Shown here in pieces: positions 12,616 through 23,624 of a stretch of DNA of 64,000 bases. The position numbers and the translations under genes are program-made. The DNA comes from Podarcis cretensis. Its lineage: Eukaryota. Position 1 is the first letter of the stretch. The number at the start of each line of letters is the position of its first letter. The DNA lies in assembly GCA_951804945.1 (NCBI GenBank), contig OX638149.1:139438001-139502000 (forward strand). Reading direction: 5' to 3'. Below the pieces are notes generated by a model. The model made no database searches. It was not told where the DNA came from and saw nothing but the letters and a program-made list of their open reading frames with translations.

Positions 12616-13043
12616 CAGTCTTGATTTTTTTTAAAAGAAAATGCTTTTAGCACCCATGTCCAATCTTGCCCATTTCTAAAAATTGTTTATTGGTGTGTGT
12701 TTTTCTTTTTGCAAACCTACCAGAGAATAAAACAAAACAAAATCAGGATTAAGGGTTTTTCTCAGGACGGTGGAGGGTGTGTGCGCTGTGCCCTCTTGGG
12801 GAAGTGGTTGTGGCCCTTGCCCTTCTTCTAATAGGAAATGCTCTGTCTGGGTGGGGACTCACAAAAATGTGTATGTGTGTGTGTGTCAAGGTTGGTCAGG
12901 TTTTTTTTTTTTGGGGGGGGGAGCGGAGTGAGAAATGTCTCTATTTTCATCTGAGGAATATTGGAGGGTATGTTCTGTATTGCCTTGGTTCTCATATTAG
13001 CTCCATTTTTGGGACAGTGTGCTGCTGAGTCACTGGAGTAGAT

Positions 13044-13832
13044 GAATTAGAGCAGGCTCTTACACTCAAGTTGTGCCAGTGGGCTTTACAGGGGTATCAG
13101 GTTGACCATTGTGGAACAGTATATTAGCTGAAATAGTATATTATATATATATTATATTATATTATATATATAGTATATTATATTAATAGTATATAATAGT
13201 ATATTAGCTGAAACAGGGGCGTCTTAGCCATAGATATTAGGGGCGCGGGGCGGCAGGGCCAGATTTTGGAGGGCGCCACAGGCTGAGTGTCCAGGAAGGA
13301 GAGCCAAGGCGCACTCCCTTCTCCGCTCTGGGGCAGCCCGCTCCTCTCCTCTCAACCACCCATTGGAGTGTGCTGCATCCGGCTCAGGGCAGCCCCTTTG
13401 CGTCCCCTCCCGCTGGGGCTGCCTGGGTGCCTGACGGGTGTGATTTGGGGCCAGCGCGGGGCGGGGCGCCCCCTCTGACCTGCGCGCCTCCCTGCAGAGT
13501 CTGCAAGTGGAGCAGGGAAGTGCCCTGTGTGATCCCGGTGCCGAGCGAGGATGGCACAGCCCGCCAGCCACCTGATCTGCTTGCTGGCCCTCCTGTGGCG
13601 CAGACTTCCCCGGACAGATGCAGGCAGGGGCCACCGGGCGCTTAGAGGGAGGCTTCGCGGGAGGCCATCTGGGCTGCAATACAGGCGCCTCTTACTTACA
13701 TGCAGCGCCCAGCGCACATCGGAGAAACGGGGCGGGGGGGGGGGGGCGGGCGCTGGAGAGATATTTGCACCATGGTCCCAGATATGCTTAAGATGGCCTG
13801 GGCTGAAAAAGGCCTTTGGGCTCTTCTTATGA
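13044..13832 (+). mobile_element. Old CR1 3' end split by a hAT element
   Basis: gtatcaggttgaccattgtggaacag before the insertion and ggctcttcttatg after it, matching the CR1 3' end type also seen at 57535-57672. Confidence 0.5.
13214..13800. mobile_element. CpG-rich non-autonomous hAT element (587 bp)
   Basis: TIRs CAGGGGCGTCTTAGC / GCTTAAGATGGCCTG. 8-bp TSD agctgaaa (13206-13213) / ggctgaaa (13801-13808). Confidence 0.8.
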
Positions 13833-14359
13833 TTTTCACAGCAATAGCGTACTTAGCAGCTGTTTGAAAATCTATGGCTTGTGTCGCTTACTAGTCTTAC
13901 AAACCAGCCTCAAAGTATGTACACACACACACCCAATACAAGCTCACATACCAAAACAATAAACTAGAGCAGGGGGAGTGGGACAAAACCTTCTCAAAAG
14001 ATTGGGAGAGAAAGACATTTGCCCAAAAATTTCAGGAAGGGGTTGCTACTTACCATACTTAACATTACAAAGTGCCCAAGTTGGGGTCTCCTCTCTTCAC
14101 AGCTTCCTGTCAGCATCCTTTGCTTGCAAATCCCAGGCAAAAAATCACCAGCCATCTGCTGGGTTTTTTTTGAGGGGGGGGGCATCCCTAAAGAAAGCAC
14201 AGACAATCAGCCCCTATTTTTTGCAGCTAGGAGAATATTTTCGGAAAACAGTGGGGAGGGAATTTTGGCTCAACCTTATCTAAAATACAAAAACCACATA
14301 AAAATATTAGAATCACATAAAAACTAATTTCATAGAAATATAGGAGGGTGGGCATATAC

Positions 14360-14520
14360 GAGGCCATGTCTATCCCACTCAGTACTGTGTCCATCAACTT
14401 GGAGCAGGCCTCTAGGATTCCAGACTGGGCTTTTCCCCAACTCTGCCTAGAAATTCTGGGGATTGAAGCTTGAACCTTCTAGAGGCAAAGCAGGTGATCT
14501 TGCCCACAACTTCAGCTGGC
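14360..14520 (-). mobile_element. Old tRNA(Ala)-derived SINE
   Basis: ggggattgaagcttgaaccttct..gcaaagcagg, a diverged reverse complement of 7210-7395. Confidence 0.5.
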
Positions 14521-15432
14521 CTCCAAATCCACACCTACCAAAATGCACTGAACTCAACCTGTTGTCCTTAAGGAGGATAGTCACATTGTTGACCACATGC
14601 CACATTCCAAATGTGTCCTCTATAACGAACCTGTCCTTACCCCTGCCCCTGATATTCTGCAATAGAGATTGAGTTACAGTATATTAAATTCCACTCATAT
14701 CTTACGTATCTTCTTTAGTGGCTGCTAATTTGCAAGATTGGCATCATAATCTTGGCATTCTGTTAGAGTTAGCATCCTCATTAATATTCTGGCTGTTAAT
14801 ATTCAGTAGTAAGTAATTACGGAATGTTTCTATCATCCAGAAGAGCCATTGCTTCAGCAGGGTCTAGAGCATCAAGAGATTGCTACTGAGAAAATAAAAA
14901 TTTATGATATTTACCGCCAATAAACTTTAATTGTGCCAGCAAGGGGGCAGAAAGGCAGAAAATTGCAGACTTTAAAGTGTGTAAAGAGCCTGAAAAGTAG
15001 ACGGGCTAGTGAATTATTTATTCTGGACAGATAATAATGTACATAGCATGATGATTGTTGTGGCTTATGTTAACACATTAAAAGCGGAGATCTTTTGTGT
15101 GTGGTTTTGATTCCTGTCACATTTGAGACTGTATTCAAAACAAATTGACAAAAGATGTGGCTTGTAAGTTTCTGTATGTAGACAGTATCTTGATATGCAT
15201 GAGAACTCTTGAATCAGTTTTAAGTCAGACTGACTTTGGAACTGAATAGATGAAAACTGGGGGTGTCTGCTTTAATCACTGAGAAAAAGTGATCAGCAGT
15301 CTGCCAAGATAATGAAGTAATAGGGATAATTGAAAAAGAAAACTGCACACCTCCCATGGCTGAGAAGGGCACAGTCGCAAGGGTCGCAAGCACAGGGTGA
15401 CCTTCCACCACCTTCGCTTTGCAGCTCAAGAG

Positions 15433-15709
15433 TAAAGGTAAAGGTACCCCTGCCCGTACGGGCCAGTCTTGACAGACTCTGGGGTTGTGCGCCCATCTCA
15501 CTTAAGAGGCCAGGGGCCAGCGCTGTCCGGAGACACTTCCGGGTCACGTGGCCAGCGTGACATCGCTGCTCTGGTGAGCCAGAGCCGCACACGGAAACGC
15601 CGTTTACCTTCCCGCTGGTAAGCGGTCCCTATTTATCTACTTGCACCCGGAGGTGCTTTCGAACTGCTAGGTTGGCAGGCGCTGGGACCGAGCAGCGGGA
15701 GCGCACCCC
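15433..15709 (-). mobile_element. Sauria SINE, young subfamily, 5'-truncated
   Basis: (ACCTTT)n tail, core tgcaagtagataaatagg, 12-bp TSD gcagctcaagag (15421-15432 / 15710-15721). Confidence 0.93.
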
Positions 15710-16620
15710 GCAGCTCAAGAGAACAGTCTGCAAAGAAGTGTGTGGATTTCAGCAGATTTAATCCAAATGACATGGATGGGATTGCATCGTTTATTCTGCA
15801 TGTCCTGATTTTATTGAGAGGTAAAACCTGTTCAGACAATATACCACCCATTATTAGTTTCCTACCATCTTAACAACAACCCAACCCATACTATTCCAAC
15901 TTCCGAGTTTGAAACCAGAGGTTGGAAAAGCAAGTCCACTCCCCACTTTGCTTTACTTTTTTAGGAGGGACTAGTACCCAAATTAGTTTAGGGCCAGGCC
16001 AAAGCTTTGTCCTTTTAGAGCCTAATGGATGCCCAAATGGTTTGTGGCTCAGGCTGCTCGTCCTGTTATCCAGAAACACCTGCTTTCAACAAGACAGAGA
16101 CATATAGTAACAAATGGCTTTGGGTTGCAAACCAACTATTGGGGAGCCAAATTGTTGTAACAAAACTCTAGGAACACTGCCAAGCTCTTCTGGAGCACAT
16201 GGGAAGCCACATTTTTTATTCTAAGCAAATAAAGGAATTTTCAGCTGACACATTAAATGCATCCTTTTAACCATTTTATTGCATTTTACATGTTGGTAGT
16301 TTGAAAGCATATCCTCATATATATATTTTCTAGTTAAATGCTTTTTGTCTTTAAGTCCCCTCAAAGCAGGTTATATGCTGTAATTAAATAATAATGTAAA
16401 ACTATATAATGCTTTCTTAGAAGCACCTCTGATTCTTTATTTCCAATACGATGTTGTGCTATTTGGAAGTTAAAATGAGGAAACTTGGGGGACCAAAGCC
16501 AGGATGGTTTTGGATGTATCTTATCACTAGCGTCTTAAAACCATTTTAGAAATACCTGAGACTAAGGGAGAGTTTTCACCAAGGCAGTAAACCTGTGTCT
16601 AGGAGGTACTACTTTAGGAA

Positions 16621-17040
16621 TAGTATCATAGAGTTGGAAGAGACCACAAGGGCCATCGAGTCCAACCCCCTGCCAAGCAGGAAACACCATCAGAGCACTC
16701 CTGACATATGGTTGTCAAGCCTCTGCTTAAAGACCTCCAAAGAAGGAGACTCCACCACACTCCTTGGCAGCAAATTCCACTGTCAAACAGCTCTTACTGT
16801 CAGGAAGTTCTTCCTAATGTTTAGGTGGAATCTTCTTTCTTGTAGTTTGGATCCATTGCTCCGTGTCCGCTTCTCTGGAGCAGCAGAAAACAACCTTTCT
16901 CCCTCCTCTATGTGACATCCTTTTATATATTTGAACATAGCTATCATATCACCCCTTAACCTCCTCTTCTCCAGGCTAAACATGCCCACCTCCCTTAGCC
17001 GTTCCTCATAAGGCATCGTTTCCAGGCCTTTGACCATTTT
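16621..17040 (-). mobile_element. CR1 LINE 3' fragment (young)
   Basis: Five differences over ~415 bp from 30709-31123. Encodes [22 protein letters not shown]. Confidence 0.95.
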
Positions 17041-17350
17041 AACTTGATTGATTGATTGATTGAATTTATGAATCACTTCCTGTGAGGGGGAGTTTGTGAG
17101 CAGCCTTGGGAGTATGTGTGAGTGGCCACTTCCCGGTTTTTAAAGGGTTGTTTTGACTATTTGTGATTTTGGCTTTTCACACAATCCCTAAAATGTAACT
17201 CCCGTGTAAGCTGCGAGTCAAGTGTAATAGAAACGGGATACCATTTCAGTTATTTGGAAAATGCAGCATACAGAGAGAAACTGCAATGGCGGTAACTATC
17301 TGTGGAGTCCGTGAATAAGAATGTATTGAAATCTATAAGTGCTTATAGGT

Positions 17351-17599
17351 CAGCGGTCAGCAAACTTTTTCAGGAGGGGCCGGTCCACTGTCCCTCAGAC
17401 CTTGTGGGGGGCAGGACTATATTTGGGGGGGGGAAACGAATAAATTCCTATGCCCCACGAATAACCCAGAGATGCATTTTAAATAAAAGCACACATTCTA
17501 CTCATGTAAAAACACGCTGACTCCAGGACTGTCCGCAGGCCGGACTGAGAAGGCGATTGGGCTGGATCCAGCCCCCGGGTTTTAGTTTGCCTACCCATG
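17351..17599. mobile_element. hAT MITE
   Basis: CAGCGGTCAGCAAACT ... AGTTTGCCTACCCATG. Perfect 8-bp TSD ttataggt (17343-17350 / 17600-17607). Same family as 41011. Confidence 0.88.
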
Positions 17600-17929
17600 T
17601 TATAGGTTATTATAAAAATATCCTTTGCTACCACTGCTGCTGTTTTGTTTTGTTGTGTTTTGTTGTTGTTGTTTACTGCAGTTTTAGTGCTTTGAAGGCT
17701 TTTTTTGTAACTAATTGTTTTAAATTGTTAACGTATGGTTTAGCTTTCTTACCTACCTTACGTTTTTTAAAGAAAAGACAGAATACAGATGTTTTCAATG
17801 AATAAAATGAATCAACCAACATTTATGCAGGTTTATTTAGCATAGAAAACAGTATTGTTATTTTCCTCATAACTTTGATCCATTACTTGTGAAAATCAGT
17901 TGTTTTTGTATCTCTTTAACAATTTGCTC

Positions 17930-18842
17930 CTCCTTGGGTAGTTTGTCCACCTGTGGGGCCCCCACCCTGCACTCTGTTCCCACCTGTGGCTCCTAGAAGC
18001 TGTCAGCATGAGACAGGAGCCGTGTCTTGGAAAATGGCTTTTACTGGCCAGCTAAACCAGGTGAGGGGAACTGAAGGGTTTCAAACCCTCAATGATTCGG
18101 GTGACTTTCAAGTTGGTGACACACCTTTTGAACATGCATCATTTCATGGCACAGTAATTCAGTTTGACTAGCAAATCAGAGGTTAAACCAGGGGTGGAGG
18201 AAGGGGGGCGGTGGGGGTGACATTCCATGACTCCCAAGCCTTCCCTGAACCATCGGGAGAAGGGGTGGAGCTGCGCGCCTTGTCGACGGCCTTCCCCCCT
18301 CCCCCTTTGTTTTGACAGCTTGGGGGAGGCTTGGGAGTCACAGGCGGGTGGTGCTCCATTACTCCCCCCCCCCCCCCGCTCCCGGGCTGCTTCCGGGGTG
18401 GGGGGAATCCTCCAAGATGTCAAAAGGAAGAGGGAAGGGAGGAAGGTTGCTTGCAAAGCGGCGCGGCTCCCTCTCCTCCCCCCAGGAAGCAGCCCGCCAG
18501 GGGCGGCTTGCTCTACCCCCCATGGGCACCTCGCCCCCTAGTACGCTTGCCCTGGCATCCCTCTTGGATGCTCTCCACGGGTGGTGCCCTCCTGGGACAT
18601 TCGCCGCACCCCACTGGGATGCTCGCCCCGCCCCATGCCCCCCCCCCGGGTGCACAGCATGTGTGGCGCTCCAGGGGCCAGAGCAGCTCGTTTCGCTTCT
18701 GGGTTAAACTAACCTTTCCAGCCCCAGGAGGAGCACGGGGAGCATTTGTGCAACACACCTACACACTGCAGCCAACACACTTAACGCATCCTGACACAGT
18801 TTGGAAAGCTCTGAGTTAGGGGCTTCCCCTGCATGTGAAGAC
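17930..18842 (+). mobile_element. 5' region of an RTE-like LINE interrupted by nested DNA elements
   Basis: ..cacctgtggctcctagaagctgtcagcatg..gctaaaccaggtgagg..tcaaaccctc resumes as tgagttaggggcttcccctgcatgtgaagac at ~18812. The intervening insert ends acacagtttggaaagctctg. Family assignment is from recall. Confidence 0.45.
18189..18701. mobile_element. GC-rich non-autonomous hAT element
   Basis: Perfect 8-bp TSD ggttaaac (18181-18188 / 18702-18709). Ends CAGGGGTGGAGGAAG / CTCGTTTCGCTTCTG (degenerate TIR). Confidence 0.75.
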
Positions 18843-20124
18843 TTTTGTCTTGAGGGAAATCTGTAAATATTGTTTTCCAGGGATTATAGTGGAAATCACA
18901 GGAGAGGGGAGTGAAGGACTTTGCTGCTTTGTAGATTGCCTTGAAGAAGGAGTTTCCTTGATGGTTACTATTTAAAGCAATAACGGCAGGGTCTCAGCCA
19001 TGCAAATTTCCCTTTCCACTTCAGTGAAAGATTTGAGGCATATTCTTATTTGAACATTTTTTGCACCCCTTGTGAAACCACTCCAATATAGGGGTTTCTG
19101 TCCAACTCGTTTATTACAGCCTCTATATTTTGTTTTAATATTTGGGCAAAGAGGACATTAGCCTAGGGATCAGATGGTTTACAGAGTGGAAAAATATTGC
19201 TTTATAATAAAAGGGGATATTGAATAAAGCTCAGATTTAATACCCAGTCTCACAGAACACCCTGATGAATGTAATTGCATTTTAAGCATTCTGATTAAAT
19301 TTTTTTGATCCATATTGCATTTGTTTTGCTTGTGAATCTTTTATGGGGGAAAAATGTGTCTGGAGATTAAAGGATTAACGAGTTCTTAAGAAGCCCAGGC
19401 AGCTGTTAAAGCATCTGAATATTCTTGCTTAAATTTGGTGGGAAAGCTGTGCTAATCTTTTCTGTTATACAGAATGATACGGCTAAAACCCAAATAGTTG
19501 GGTATGGAGAGAGAGACCCTGGGGATAATAATTGCTATAGGTGGACAAGGCCAGGAATACTCACTTTACATGTAACCAGTTCAGCCTCATCATAATCGAA
19601 AGAGAGTTCATTTGTTGTGATTAATCACAAGAAGTGTGTGTGCACGATAAAATATATCCTTACCTAATTCTTAATATCCAAGATTAATAGACAAGTCAGT
19701 AAAACCTGGAAAGATGAAGAACTGGATTTGCATATATTTAAGTGACCTTAAGGATCACTTCAGCTTCTGACTTTGTTACACAGATATTAAAAATGAGAGG
19801 ATCATAAATTAATATGCTGGCCTTTGCAGAAAGCAATCTGAATTTGTTATACAGTGTCATAACTGTAGAATGGGTTTGTTTTTAAGAATGTATAATTTAG
19901 TGTTGGGTAAGTAATACTACAAGTAATGGAACTCTTAATCGGATAGGGAGTGGATTAGAAATGTGTTCACTTGAGGTGTATATTTTTAGGTTCCATCATC
20001 TCGTCGGATGCTATTGGTGCTCCTCTGTACACTCAGGGAACACACACATAGCCATAGGTAGCAGGGCCCAACCCCACCATATGCAACATCTTCAGTCTGC
20101 CCAATGCAAAATGGGGTTGTTTTG

Positions 20125-20230
20125 CAATTTGAGTGGCATTCAAGTAACTTTTACTCAGAATAGTCTCACTAATTTCAATGGGTCCACTAATTTCAATGGG
20201 TCTACTCTGAGTAAACATTACTTGCATGTT
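20125..20230. mobile_element. Short palindromic MITE-like repeat
   Basis: ttttactcagaatag ... tctactctgagtaaa inverted arms with an internal cactaatttcaatgggtc duplication. Same family as 52188-52285. Confidence 0.6.
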
Positions 20231-21319
20231 AATTTGCCAGAACACATGAGGGTGCACGAAGGGACTGATAGGGTGCATTGATCAGACAGGGTTCCTGCTC
20301 ATGTGGAGGTTTCTAAGCACGTTCAATTGAATGCACTTAGAAGCCTTCTTCAGACCTTGTCACTAAGACAGGTGTAGATCTGAAGAGTAGCCTTTGTGGG
20401 GTAGGACTTGCTTGCATGCTGCTGCCCCACCTCCATTTTAAGACTTCGTTGAACATAGTTTATATCCTTATCTTCCCTTCTTCATGGACCACATCTGACC
20501 TGCCTACCTGTCAATCGCCTAACATCACAGTGACAACAGACGACCTGTTTTGGCTCACAGGATTTGAAATCAAAACATACAAGCAAAGCCTGCAAAGCAC
20601 TGACAATCAGCTGATCATCGAGTCTTGGGAAGCACTGTAACCAGTTCACTGCAAAGCCTCAGGTGAGGGAGATAAAGGTTGTGGAGCCATCAGATATTCC
20701 ATAGTACACTCCCACAGCCATGTATTTCATTCCTGGTACCACGTGTCTTTTTCAATGTGAAGTTCCAGATTTGATGCAGTAATATGGAAGATATATTTCA
20801 TTAACAAACACACATCTATGTACAACTTCCATCAATTGAAGTAGCATACATCAACATGGGGTGCAAAGGGGACCGCAGAATAGAAGAGAAGAGGGAGAAT
20901 GAAATGGGGGTGGTCTGTGTGCAAGATAAAGTTGAGGAAAATGAAGAGTGCGGGTGGAAAAAGGGAGTGAAGGTGAACACAGGGTGCAAAGGAGGTTGCA
21001 AAAATGGGGAGTTGTAGGAACCCTGGGAATGGGGTTGAAGATGAAAGCAGGGGCATAACAGCATCTGAACAATAGGAGAAGCTGGTGACTTCATAATTAG
21101 GCAGAAGCTGAAAAGGCTAGTTGCAATGTGTGGGAGGAGAAGGATGCTGGGGGTGACCATTGGGTGCTTTGTGTGTAAGGAGGGGTCACACAGAAGGAAA
21201 GAAAGAGGAGGCATGGAAGGTGCAAAGCTGGACTGTCTTGAGAAACAATGAAGTGTGCCTCTGGAGGAGAAGTCAAACTGCTGCATTAACAGCACTAAAG
21301 TGACTTCCCCAGGGTGCAA

Positions 21320-21586
21320 GCTAGGGCAGCATGTATGGAGGTCCTGGGCTGCCTAGATGAGAAGACCCCCCCCCTTGGCCTTGCTGATATGGTCCGATGG
21401 AACCAGCTTGGCTGCAGGTGATGCCGGAAGGAGGTGTACAAGGTGCCATCCCACCATCTTAGGGGCTCTACTCCCAATTTGTGTAGGGTTTGCTCCTTAG
21501 CTTTTTCTTCACCCCGAATGTTAGGATCAGAGTTTTCCTTCTCCTAGATAGGCTACCTTCCCAGGTTGATGAGCCCCATCTGCTCC
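21320..21586 (-). mobile_element. RTE-clade 5'-UTR-derived remnant
   Basis: Minus strand reads gggctcatcaacctgggaaggtagcctatctaggagaaggaaaactctga, the motif typical of RTE 5' UTRs. Second copy at 34455-34573. Confidence 0.6.
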
Positions 21587-21940
21587 TATGAAAGAGAAAA
21601 GTGGCTTCAGAAATGGGGATGGGAAGGTGAAAGGCAAGCTCATGGGGTGGGAAAGAGAAGCCTTTTCCTTCCCTTAATGTCGAGGAATGGCAGGGGGGTT
21701 GTCGAATGAGATTAGGATAGCCAGTGGAAATAAAAATTTACTGTACACTGTTGCTTAGAATTCAAGAGGAAAAATCACATGACCTTAGCTTTAGGCATTG
21801 AGCTGGCTATGTGTTTTTTAAAACTTACAATAAATTAAAAAGGAGACATGTTTCAAAAGATAAAATTCCATTACGATATATACAGATTGTGAATAAATGT
21901 TGAGAAAGCTGGGGATTCTTGACTTAATTGGCATTCCCCA

Positions 21941-22434
21941 AGCAGAGACATCACCTTGCCAACAAAGGTCCATATAGTTAAAGCTATGGTTTTCCCAGTA
22001 GTGATGTATGGAAGTGAGAGCTGGACCATAAAGAAGGCTGATCGCCGAAGAATTGATGCTTTTGAATTCTGGTGCTGGAGGAGACTCTTGAGAGTCCCAT
22101 GGACTGCAAGAAGATCAAACCTATCCATTCTGAAGGAAATCAGCCCTGAGTGCTCACTGGAAGGACAGATTCTGAAGCTGAGGCTCTAAGACTTTGGCCA
22201 CCTCATGAGAAGAGAAGACTCCCTGGAAAAGACCCTGGTGTTGGGAAAGATGGAGGGCACAAGGAGAAGGGGACGGCAGAGGACGAGATGGATGGACAGT
22301 GTTTTCAAAGCTACCAGCATGAGTTTGACCAAACTGTGGGAGGCAGTAGAAGACAGGAGTTCCTGGCGTGCTCTGGTCCATGGGGTCACGAAGAGTCGGA
22401 CGCGACTATACAACTAAAGAACAACAACAACAAC
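21941..22434 (+). mobile_element. BovB LINE 3' fragment (~490 bp)
   Basis: Encodes LPTKVHIVKAMVFPVVMYGSESW...LKLRL*DFGHLMRREDSLEK; (CAA)n tail. Confidence 0.95.
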
Positions 22435-22972
22435 CAGGTTTTCTAGCATCCTATGGGACATTGTTAGGACATGACCCCAACAACCAGTATATTGAAACCC
22501 AAAAACTTCAATGAAAATATTTTTGTATGAAGTGTCCATTAATTCTGTGGCCATTAAAAACTTCATTCTAATATCTCTGTCCCTCATTACTTAGTTGTGT
22601 TCAGTGAATTGCAGCAATTATTGGCAGGGGTGGACCCTAAGTTAAGAGATGGCATCTGTATCTAGACTGATATGCATTTATCATGTTCATAGAGCTACAT
22701 CAGCTCACAGGTAACACACTATTTAAACTTACATAGCATAATTTCTATTCTAGTCAAAACTTTCAAAATCATGAAAAGTGAGAATGGAGCTAACATATGC
22801 TTAACAACAAAAGCAGGGAGTGGTGCTAGCAACTGCCTAGGAAATCATCTTCTAATTTCTTTTACTTCCATCCAGTGCCTTTGATTAGCACGGCATTTCT
22901 CCCCAGTATTTTCCTCCCAAGTTTAAATTATGTAAAAAATGCTTAATCTTTTTTATTAGCTCCAGTCTTTCT

Positions 22973-23313
22973 TGGCGCTGTGGTTTAAACCACAGAGCCT
23001 AGGACTTGCCGATCAGAAGGTCGGCGGTTCAAATCCCTGCGACGGGGTGAGCTCCCATTGCTCGGTCCCTGCTCCTGCCACCCTAGCAGTTTGAAAGCAC
23101 GTCAAAGTGCAAGTAGATAAATAGGTACTGCTCTGGAGAGAAGGTAAACGCCGTTCCTGTGCATTGCTCTGGTTCGCTAGAAGCAGCTTAGTCATGCTGG
23201 CCTCATGACCCGGAAGCTGTACGCCTGCGCCCTTGGCCAATAAAGCAAGATGACCGCCGCAACCCCAGAGTCGGCCACGACTGGACCTAACGGTCAGGGG
23301 TCCCTTTACCTTT
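22973..23313 (+). mobile_element. Sauria SINE, near full length
   Basis: tRNA-like head tggcgctgtgg..ggttcaaatccc, conserved core, and cctttaccttt tail. Confidence 0.93.
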
Positions 23314-23484
23314 TAGATATTTGGCACATTAAGATTCTTAAAGTGTTAGTGGCTCAAGGAGTAGCTGTGTAGAGAACTAAATCCAAGGATGGCAGTCAAT
23401 GAATGTTGTAGACCCAGCAAAATTAATAGAGAATGGGAAACTACACAAAACATAGCCTTCTGATTACTTCTGCTACAGAAAGTA

Positions 23485-23624
23485 CAGTCATACCTTGGAA
23501 GTCAAACAGAATCCGTTCCAGAAGTCCGTTTGACTTCCAAAACGTTTGCAAACCAGAACAGTTTGTGGCATTCGGGAGCCAAAACGTTCGAGAACTAAGC
23601 TGTTTGAAAACCAAGGTATGACTG
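23485..23624. mobile_element. Tc1/mariner-type MITE (140 bp)
   Basis: Perfect 14-bp TIR CAGTCATACCTTGG / CCAAGGTATGACTG with TA TSD. Confidence 0.9.

Noticed and set aside
13224-13832. Several overlapping 60-150-aa ORFs
   Set aside because: They lie inside a GC-rich hAT element and show no transposase motifs. The same applies to the ORFs at 18139-18819, 8801-9352 and 59047-59631.
20816-21319. 167-aa ORF
   Set aside because: It is antisense to purine-rich low-complexity DNA and has no domain signal.
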